From Candidatus Woesearchaeota archaeon (GTDB lineage Archaea > Nanobdellota > Nanobdellia > Woesearchaeales > JACPJR01): a stretch of 64,000 nt of DNA. The stretch is taken from assembly GCA_016187565.1 (NCBI GenBank), contig JACPJR010000013.1:8391-72390 (forward strand), given 5' to 3'. The first letter of the stretch is position 1, and the number at the start of each line of letters is the position of its first letter. Position numbers and translations under genes: made by a program. Shown one piece after another: positions 54,512 to 61,341 of the stretch. The notes beneath the pieces are model-generated. The model made no database searches and was not told the DNA's origin. It was given only the letters and a program-made list of their open reading frames with translations.

Positions 54512-54955
54512 TTATACATTCTTCTGCTGCGGTGTCTTGGCACCAAGTAATTGGCAAATTCGCTCAATCGAGAGATAATGGATATTGGAAAGCTTTGAGA
54601 CATGAGCTCTGGTTACTGTTTCCTTCTCAACCTGTGCAAATTGCTCAGGAACGCCAACGTAACACTTCACTTTTTTATAAGCCTCAAGTCCACGGCCTTT
54701 TTTATAAGGCAACATCCCACGAATAACTCGTCTTACAAGACGATCAGGCATACGGGGGTAAAACGGACCACTAAAAGGATCTCCCCGTGCTCTTCGCTGG
54801 GTATATCGCTTCATGATGATATCTTTACTACCGGTAACAACTGCCTTCTCTGCATTAACAACAGCTACCGTATCACCTAAAAGAGCTACCTTAGCAACAT
54901 GTGTTGCCATTCTTCCTAAAATGAGATCTTTTGCATCAATGACGCGTTCTGTCAT
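54512..54955 (-). CDS. rpl13: 50S ribosomal protein L13 (uL13)
   Basis: 147 aa with IDAKDLILGRMATHVAK and RVIRGMLP. Confidence 0.94.
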   Translation of the reverse strand: MTERVIDAKDLILGRMATHVAKVALLGDTVAVVNAEKAVVTGSKDIIMKRYTQRRARGDPFSGPFYPRMPDRLVRRVIRGMLPYKKGRGLEAYKKVKCYVGVPEQFAQVEKETVTRAHVSKLSNIHYLSIERICQLLGAKTPQQKNV

Positions 54956-54969
54956 GCTTTCTACCCTTT

Positions 54970-55332
54970 CTACCCAATAATTTTGATATCTTTTGGTTGA
55001 GGATTACTTTGGACAAAATCCCAAAGCGCTACTGCTTTTCCTTTTGATTGAGTGATCTTTTCTTTTGCATTCCCTGAAAAATTATAGGCAGCTACGGTAA
55101 CGCTATGATCCAGCGCTCCTTGAGCCAACACTTTTCCTGGAACGAGGATGATTTCATTCTCTTTGGTATAACGATTGATACGTGCTAGATTCACAATTCT
55201 CCGCTGTCTCGTAGGCCGTTCAAGCTCATAGGCTACTCTACGCCACAATGGCACGTTCTCTACGATAGCCTTCTTCTTTAATGCTTCAATAAGCTTCTGT
55301 AATTGAATATTTGTCGGTCCAGTGCGTCTCAT
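54970..55332 (-). CDS. rpl18e: 50S ribosomal protein L18e (eL18)
   Basis: ATG 55332 (MRRTGPTNIQLQKLI...). The track start at 55374 is GTG. Confidence 0.9.
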   Translation of the reverse strand: MRRTGPTNIQLQKLIEALKKKAIVENVPLWRRVAYELERPTRQRRIVNLARINRYTKENEIILVPGKVLAQGALDHSVTVAAYNFSGNAKEKITQSKGKAVALWDFVQSNPQPKDIKIIG

Positions 55333-55410
55333 GGTTGTTGATGATATGTTCGCTGATTTTTTATTTTTCTGCACTCTTTTTGCACTACTTTTCTTGATGG
55401 TAAGGTAAAC

Positions 55411-55497
55411 ATGCGGGGAACGGGATTCGAACCCGCGTAGCCACTAAGGCCTACGGCCCTCAACCGTAGTCGATTGACCAGACTCCGACATCCCCGC
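55411..55497 (-). tRNA. tRNA-Leu (GAG), class II with long variable arm, no intron
   Basis: Minus strand GCGGGGA TG TCGGAGTCTGGTCAATCGAC TACGG TTGAGGG CCGTA GGCCTTAGTGGGCTAC GCGGGTTCGAATCCCGT TCCCCGC A. Confidence 0.9.
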
Positions 55498-55522
55498 ATA
55501 GAGGGATAGTCAGATAAGGGGT

Positions 55523-56320
55523 TTATGCACTCTTTGTGCTCTTTTTCACCAGCTCCATGAACTGGTCAAGGTCTTTGTTCCAGATCTCAACAGCACTTGT
55601 TAAGATCTCTCGAGGGGTAAGCTGGCCCCAGGATTCCATGTAAAAAACAAAGGAAGTAGGGTCATACTCAACCTTGAGGACATCGTCACAAATACCTTCA
55701 CAGGCATCAATGACTGAAGGATCTTGCAAACGATTCTTATCGATTTTGCCTTTTTCATCAAATATTCGTGAGGGATACTTTTCCTTGTATTCGGATAATT
55801 TCGGACTGGCGTTATTAACGGTAATTATTGGTTTGTAGGTAAAATGAACATGAGCAGGAGCCCATTTCATATGACCTTTGCCTTCTCCTAACACCGCAGT
55901 TGCAATAAATTCAAGCTCTTGACCTTTTAAGAGCTTCACCAGCGGAGTTTTAGGATACACGGGCCTGATGTCTTTATCTTTTGCTTTCATCTCAGATGCA
56001 TAGACCGTGCACGGACCTTTTGCACTCAGCGTAAAGGTAGTTTGACACTTTGCACATCCTTCCCCATGACAGGTACATTGCGCAGGAAGATTATATGCCT
56101 TCAAATCCGTTGTTAAAGGTAATAATCCTAAACGATGGGCAATGATCTCATCATAAAGGATAGAGCTATTTTTGCGAAATTCAACTGTCTCAATAGCCAT
56201 CGTCGGCGTCCTTTCAAGGATAAATCGTCGTAAGGTATTAACATAGGTCTGGCTAACGCCCTTGACAACAAAAGAGATCTTGTTTCCCTGCTTGTCCTGA
56301 TCCAATAAGGTAAGTTCCAT
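55523..56320 (-). CDS. rpoD: DNA-directed RNA polymerase subunit D (Rpo3)
   Basis: 265 aa with NTLRRFIL and AHRLGLLPL. Cys clusters CTCHGEGCAKC and ACEGICDD. Confidence 0.94.
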   Translation of the reverse strand: MELTLLDQDKQGNKISFVVKGVSQTYVNTLRRFILERTPTMAIETVEFRKNSSILYDEIIAHRLGLLPLTTDLKAYNLPAQCTCHGEGCAKCQTTFTLSAKGPCTVYASEMKAKDKDIRPVYPKTPLVKLLKGQELEFIATAVLGEGKGHMKWAPAHVHFTYKPIITVNNASPKLSEYKEKYPSRIFDEKGKIDKNRLQDPSVIDACEGICDDVLKVEYDPTSFVFYMESWGQLTPREILTSAVEIWNKDLDQFMELVKKSTKSA

Positions 56321-56322
56321 GG

Positions 56323-56802
56323 TTAGACCCGCCTTCCCCTTTTTCCTCCTTTTTTCCTACACCCATCATGCGGTAGAGGAGTAACATCTTCGATAATACC
56401 AATACGTAATCCCATTCGTGATAAGGCTCGTACGGCTGCTTGTGCACCTGGACCTGGATTATGGGGGCCATTGTGGCCTCCTGGTGCTTTAATTTTCACA
56501 TGAATGGCATTGATACCTTTATCTCGGGCAAGCTCGGCAGCTTTCTTTGCTGCAATCATAGCTGCAGTAGGGCTACTTTCCATACGATCAGCCTTAACGA
56601 CTTGGCCACCCGAAGTTCTTGCCAATGTTTCGGTACCGGTAATATCAGTTATATGAATCATAGTATTATTATAGGAAGTATAGATATGAGCTACACCCCA
56701 ACGAGCTTCAGGTCCTGAACGCGGTGGACCTCTTCTTCTGGTCCGTTCATCTGATTCTTGAACTTGATTTCCTTGATCCTGCGTTTCCTGATTTTCTTCC
56801 AT
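56323..56802 (-). CDS. rps11: 30S ribosomal protein S11 (uS11)
   Basis: [19 protein letters not shown] and [19 protein letters not shown]. Has a Gln/Glu-rich N-terminal extension. Confidence 0.94.
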   Translation of the reverse strand: MEENQETQDQGNQVQESDERTRRRGPPRSGPEARWGVAHIYTSYNNTMIHITDITGTETLARTSGGQVVKADRMESSPTAAMIAAKKAAELARDKGINAIHVKIKAPGGHNGPHNPGPGAQAAVRALSRMGLRIGIIEDVTPLPHDGCRKKGGKRGRRV

Positions 56803-56865
56803 AACTATTGCCTCGATTCATTGATTCCTTGACTTCACGAACGCGAAATATTGAGAATCCTGCAT

Positions 56866-57447
56866 TTATCCATGTCTTCTTTGCCTTACTTGCCGTACTC
56901 GCTTTACTTTTCTTGTAGGTCGTTCTTTACGAACAATAGGCACTCGTTCTGGATGACCTGCATCAGACAACGATGAAACTGCCACAAAGTTAATAGCACC
57001 CTCTTCTTGTGCCTTCACTAAGTACGACGGAACAGTCATTTTATGATCAGCAATTTTAATGTGACCGTGAACGATAAATTGACGTGCCTGTTTAACTGAC
57101 CGTGCTAATCCTTTCCGGTAAACAAGGGTTTGTAACCTTCTCTCGAAGATATCTCGAAGCGTAAGACTAAGGACAGCATCTAGTTCTTGGCCTGGACGTA
57201 TAAGACTTAATGCCTGTAACTTTTCTAAGATCTGTTTTTTTTCTCTATCTGCTTTCTGTCCGGTTAATGCTGCTGCTTTTTTTGTCCGATCTTTAAAGGT
57301 AGATAGTACTGCATTCATCTTCCAGATTTCCTTTTTATTCTTGACCCCATAATCTCTTCGAAGGACTCGTTCTACTTCCATCCTGTCCCGTTCCCACGGA
57401 TGATGGGGAGTTGCATATTTTTTCTTTGATTTTTTTGGGTCTCCCAT
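56866..57447 (-). CDS. rps4: 30S ribosomal protein S4 (uS4)
   Basis: MGDPKKSKKKYATPHHPW start and an S4 RNA-binding domain RLQTLVYRKGLARSVKQARQFIVHGHI. Confidence 0.95.
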   Translation of the reverse strand: MGDPKKSKKKYATPHHPWERDRMEVERVLRRDYGVKNKKEIWKMNAVLSTFKDRTKKAAALTGQKADREKKQILEKLQALSLIRPGQELDAVLSLTLRDIFERRLQTLVYRKGLARSVKQARQFIVHGHIKIADHKMTVPSYLVKAQEEGAINFVAVSSLSDAGHPERVPIVRKERPTRKVKRVRQVRQRRHG

Positions 57448-57491
57448 GGTTGCTAATCTCTAGTATTCTCTAGTATTATAGTTTTCTTTCT

Positions 57492-58001
57492 TTACTTTCC
57501 TTTTTTTGCATCTTTTTCAGGAGCGGCAGCAGCTTTCGCAACTTTGCTGCGATGGACACCTAAAGATGCCTTTCCTTTATTCCTTCTAAAGTTAGATCGT
57601 GTACGTTGCCCTCGTACCGGTAAGCCCCAGGCATGGCGCAATCCTCGGTACGATCTCATTTTCTTAAGCATTTTAACATCATTATCCTGGACAAAATGGA
57701 GTTGGTCAGTAATCAAATGATGATCTTCTCCAGTTATAGAATCTTTACGACGATTGAACATCCAAAAAGGGGCATGAAACTGCTCAGGATGAAGAGCGAC
57801 TTCGCTCAATTTTTTTATCTCAGCGTCCATAAGCATCCCTGTTCTTTTGGTACGATCAACACCTGCAAGATAACAAACCATATGAGAAAACATAAAGCCA
57901 ACTCCCTTAATCTTTCTCATGGCATGGCCAATAGGCTTTTTTCCGTCCAAATCAACATTAGCGATACGGACAATGTACTTGAATCCTTTTTCTTCTTCCA
58001 T
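57492..58001 (-). CDS. rps13: 30S ribosomal protein S13 (uS13)
   Basis: IVRIANVDLDGKKPIGHAMRKIKGVG and SYRGLRHAWGLPVRGQRTRSN. Confidence 0.95.
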   Translation of the reverse strand: MEEEKGFKYIVRIANVDLDGKKPIGHAMRKIKGVGFMFSHMVCYLAGVDRTKRTGMLMDAEIKKLSEVALHPEQFHAPFWMFNRRKDSITGEDHHLITDQLHFVQDNDVKMLKKMRSYRGLRHAWGLPVRGQRTRSNFRRNKGKASLGVHRSKVAKAAAAPEKDAKKGK

Positions 58002-58238
58002 GGTTTTGATGAGTTTTGGTTAGATTTTGATTTTGATTAAGGGTATAGTTCCAAGGTATCGTTCTTATGTATAATTATGTATAATCCCTATATTCCTCGA
58101 GAAATAGCCAATGACAACCACACTGAAGCCCTGAAAACGCTCACCAGGTGAACTCGGGCTATATCGTCGAGATTCACGAAGGAAATATGGTGTTATTTAA
58201 AAATGTTTTGAAATTGTTGGCTTCATCCAAAAAAAGGG

Positions 58239-58352
58239 TTAGCAGCTCAAGTCAAAGTCCCATCACATTATTGAATCCAACCGACAAGGGGGATGTCCCT
58301 TACGGGGAATGTCGGCGATCATACACAACAGAGAGGACTTTGAAGCTGCTAA
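58239..58352 (+). ncRNA. Candidate structured non-coding RNA (identity and strand unknown)
   Basis: Long-range pairing of TTAGCAGCT (58239-47) with AGCTGCTAA (58344-52), and of CAAAGTCC (58253-60) with GGACTTTG (58335-42). These enclose the hairpin CCGACA (58281-86)/TGTCGG (58310-15), which carries a GGGG/CCC/GGGG core. The region lies in a 400-nt gap with no convincing ORF. Confidence 0.4.
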
Positions 58353-58408
58353 CTTGAGCAACCAGAAACCGATAACTTTAAATATCAACTGATATTGTAT
58401 AGTATCAA

Positions 58409-58942
58409 ATGAAACGAAAAAACATCAAGGTGATCCTTCAAGAGTATTTTTTCCTTAACCCTACTGCCAAACTGAGGGTAAGAGAGATAGAAAGAATCCT
58501 AAAGCTTCCTCTACCCTCCGTAATTAGATACTGCAAGGAATTAGAAAACGAAGGAATTCTGAAAACAATACGAACAGGAAATGTTATTTTTTATACTGCT
58601 GACAGGACAAACACTAGATACTCATTGGAAAAAAGGCTTTACAACCTAAAACAAATTCATGTCTCCGGTATTCTGGATTACCTCAAAGAATCCTTAAGTA
58701 ATCCAGTTATCGTTATATTTGGCTCGTATGCTAAGGGAGAAGATACAGAAACAAGCGATATAGACCTCTATATAGAAACCCCAACTAAAAAAAATATGGG
58801 TCTCGAAAAATTTGAAAATTTTCTTCAAAGGAAAATTCAAATATTCACTTATAACGATATAAAAAAAATCCCAAATAAACACCTTGCCAATAACATCATA
58901 AATGGCATAATCATAAATAATCATATAGAGGTGTTCAAATGA
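58409..58942 (+). CDS. Nucleotidyltransferase (MNT-type) with N-terminal winged-helix domain
   Basis: VIVIFGSYAKGEDTETSDIDLYIE, the Pol-beta NTase GS...D.D motif. N-terminal wHTH LRVREIERILKLPLPSVIRYCKELENEGIL. Confidence 0.85.
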   Translation: MKRKNIKVILQEYFFLNPTAKLRVREIERILKLPLPSVIRYCKELENEGILKTIRTGNVIFYTADRTNTRYSLEKRLYNLKQIHVSGILDYLKESLSNPVIVIFGSYAKGEDTETSDIDLYIETPTKKNMGLEKFENFLQRKIQIFTYNDIKKIPNKHLANNIINGIIINNHIEVFK

Positions 58943-59346
58943 AAGAAGCATCGTGGGATGATTGCATTGAGAATTACTCTGCAAAAAAAGTGTCTCCAGA
59001 CTTGGAAAGGGGAAAATCTTTAATTGAAACAGCAGAAGAAAGAATAAAGATAATAGGGGAAATAGACGAGAAAAACTGCAATTTTGTATTTGAAGATTAT
59101 TACACTTCCTTGTTGGAATTATTACAGGCTCTAGTAATCAAGAACGGATATAATGTATTGAACCACCTCTGTTTGGGATATTTCATCAGTGATGTCCTCA
59201 AAAGGGATGACTTATACATTCTCTTTGATGATGTAAGATATAAAAGAAATTCATTAACTTATTATGGCAACAGAATGGATTTTAAGACAGCAATGCAGGC
59301 GATAAACAAATGCAAAAAGTTAATCAAAGAGATTAAGATATGCTGA
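58939..59346 (+). CDS. HEPN domain protein (partner of the MNT)
   Basis: 135 aa all-alpha protein. The VRYKRNSLTYYG motif is typical of NTase-associated HEPN. 4-nt overlap with the MNT gene. Confidence 0.8.
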   Translation: MKEASWDDCIENYSAKKVSPDLERGKSLIETAEERIKIIGEIDEKNCNFVFEDYYTSLLELLQALVIKNGYNVLNHLCLGYFISDVLKRDDLYILFDDVRYKRNSLTYYGNRMDFKTAMQAINKCKKLIKEIKIC

Positions 59347-59410
59347 CTGTGTTAATACCAAGAATGCTTTCCGGCTTATTCAGTCTATGCCTCCAAGAAC
59401 GAGGAAACTC

Positions 59411-60907
59411 CTAACCCTGAGGAAGCACGGGTGCTTGCTGGCGAAGATCATAGACATCCCCATTATAAGGATTGATCTCCATGCGATGAACAGGCAGGTC
59501 AAAGGTGCCACGAGAAAGCTCTAATGTAGAAATGCTTGACTCTATCACACTGAGTTTCCCCAAACTCCGATCGGAAAGGTAACCTTCGCTCGTTAGTACT
59601 CCTTGTATCAGTTGAGCATATCCGCTTATAGACGTAGTTACATTATTCACATGGTGATTGAGTGATCCCAATAGTTTTTCTCTTACCCAATGCTCAAAAT
59701 CTGCTGTTGCAACGCCTTCTCTTACCCGTTGGTAAAGCGTTTCTCCGCCGGTAGAGCAAGGAAATATGTCATAGAGCACTGGCCAAGCTTTCTGGAGTTT
59801 ATCCATGCTCTTTTCAGTAAGTTCTCCAAGAATGATAACCCGCCCACGATATCCAGTCTGCGCAAGGGAAACAACCTCATCAAGAAGCGACGATGCTCCA
59901 TTATGGCTATGATAGCTACCGGCATCTTTCACAACAACCACTGCATTGGGATTTAGGTCTTGTGCTGTATGAGAACGAAGATGAGGAGCAAAGGTTACGT
60001 CATACTGAGGCAGTCGTGAGCTAAAAGCGTTGTGTTCAACAGTATCATACCCAACAACCAGTACTTTTGGTTTTCCAGCAACAGTCTGACCAGATCTATA
60101 CATCTGGATTGACCTATTAACAACCCCATACAGTAATGCGGTAAACTCAGATAATGTCTGAAGGTGAAGTGAAAGATGACCAACAATCTCGTCTGTTAAG
60201 ACTCCATGGTGATAACCACGAAGCATAGTGCACGTTCTCTTGGCTGCATTGGTTACTTCTGCGATCGAAGGAGAAAACAATTCTCTAAAATCACGCATCA
60301 CTTTTCTCTGAGTTTTTTGTCTCTCTGCACCGTCATGTGCAGCAGATCGCACAACTAAGGCAAGATCTCCTGGCTCAATCTGTGGAGAAAGATGGGCATA
60401 ATCTCCATGAGACAGTGCAGTTCGTGCACTCGCAAATGTACCATCACTTACCGTTACTACCTGTGTTGCAGGATACAAGAGATGTATGTAACGGCTGAGA
60501 GGGATCGAGCCATCTTTGTTACCGTAGCTATCGGGAAACCGAGCAATCCTTGCCCATACATTCGCCGTAATCGTTGGATCTACAATCAGAACTGCATGAT
60601 ACGTTGTTTTGCCATGGTACGCCTGATCAAACAGCAAAGCAACTTGATCTCCTAAACTCTCCCCATCCTGATGGTCAACAACGTATTCAAGAGAAAATGC
60701 AGGGTCATCTAATGCTTGTCTCAGATTCTCAACTGACCATTTGGGATGAGAACCAACAACAAGAATACGGGATGGAGCATCAGACTGAGAAGGAGACTGA
60801 ACATTATTTGTGCTCTGACCCTGTTGAGCAATATGACTTCCAAGTCCTGAAACACTACTATTGATTCTACCAAACTGTTGAGTAAGCTCATCCCCCAGAT
60901 CTACCAT
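59411..60907 (-). CDS. Hypothetical signalling-like protein: two degenerate receiver-like domains plus a C-terminal DHp/HisKA-like helix, no ATPase domain
   Basis: ATG 60907. RILVVGSHPKW...AVLIVD and KVLVVGYDTVEH...VVVVKD resemble CheY-like folds lacking the acidic pocket. LNHHVNNVTTSISGYAQLIQ resembles an H-box. Confidence 0.65.
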   Translation of the reverse strand: MVDLGDELTQQFGRINSSVSGLGSHIAQQGQSTNNVQSPSQSDAPSRILVVGSHPKWSVENLRQALDDPAFSLEYVVDHQDGESLGDQVALLFDQAYHGKTTYHAVLIVDPTITANVWARIARFPDSYGNKDGSIPLSRYIHLLYPATQVVTVSDGTFASARTALSHGDYAHLSPQIEPGDLALVVRSAAHDGAERQKTQRKVMRDFRELFSPSIAEVTNAAKRTCTMLRGYHHGVLTDEIVGHLSLHLQTLSEFTALLYGVVNRSIQMYRSGQTVAGKPKVLVVGYDTVEHNAFSSRLPQYDVTFAPHLRSHTAQDLNPNAVVVVKDAGSYHSHNGASSLLDEVVSLAQTGYRGRVIILGELTEKSMDKLQKAWPVLYDIFPCSTGGETLYQRVREGVATADFEHWVREKLLGSLNHHVNNVTTSISGYAQLIQGVLTSEGYLSDRSLGKLSVIESSISTLELSRGTFDLPVHRMEINPYNGDVYDLRQQAPVLPQG

Positions 60908-61028
60908 AGGAACGTGAATGCGCCTGCCGTATTTAAACGTTTCTATAATTGTATCTGCATGGTGACAAAAATACATTTTTATGGGCTAAGGTTTTCTTAA
61001 CCTCATGAACCTCTGTATAGACTCGCGT

Positions 61029-61259
61029 ATGGAACGAATAACCGTCATTGCCAAACCAAATGCTCCAAAAACCGAGCTTCTGAGTTATGATGCTGAAAGA
61101 AATGCTTATCGGATTGCAGTTCACGCACCACCGGAAAAGGGCAAGGCAAACCATGAGCTCATCAAATTCTTGGGCAAGCTCACGAAAAGGAATGTTATAC
61201 TGGTCTCAGGAAAAACTGCAAAAGAAAAAGTGTTCAAACTCATCGACAAAGCTCGGTAA
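61029..61259 (+). CDS. DUF167 (YggU/UPF0235) family protein
   Basis: MERITVIAKPNAPKTELLSYDAERNAYRIAVHAPPEKGKANHELIKFLGKL...VSGKTAKEKVFKL matches the family pattern. An upstream ATG at 61005 is also possible. Confidence 0.82.
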   Translation: MERITVIAKPNAPKTELLSYDAERNAYRIAVHAPPEKGKANHELIKFLGKLTKRNVILVSGKTAKEKVFKLIDKAR

Positions 61260-61341
61260 AGAATTGGCTCAATAACGAAAAGATATAAAAAAGCAAGAGA
61301 AGATAAAGAGAGAAAAAGAAATAAAAAAATGCTTCGTAAGC

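Noticed and set aside
58239-58352. Identification of the structured element as a miniature RNase P RNA or SRP RNA
   Set aside because: Only short motif resemblance (AAAGTCC / ACAGA-GGACTTT). The length of about 115 nt is far below any known RNase P or SRP RNA. The P4-like helix lacks the conserved bulge, and no GNAR-capped helix 8-like element is present.
58148-58357. 69-aa ORF in the S13/MNT intergenic gap
   Set aside because: It has a non-ATG start, no SD and low-complexity Ser-rich content. It coincides with the stem-forming region, which is better explained as structured RNA or non-coding spacer.
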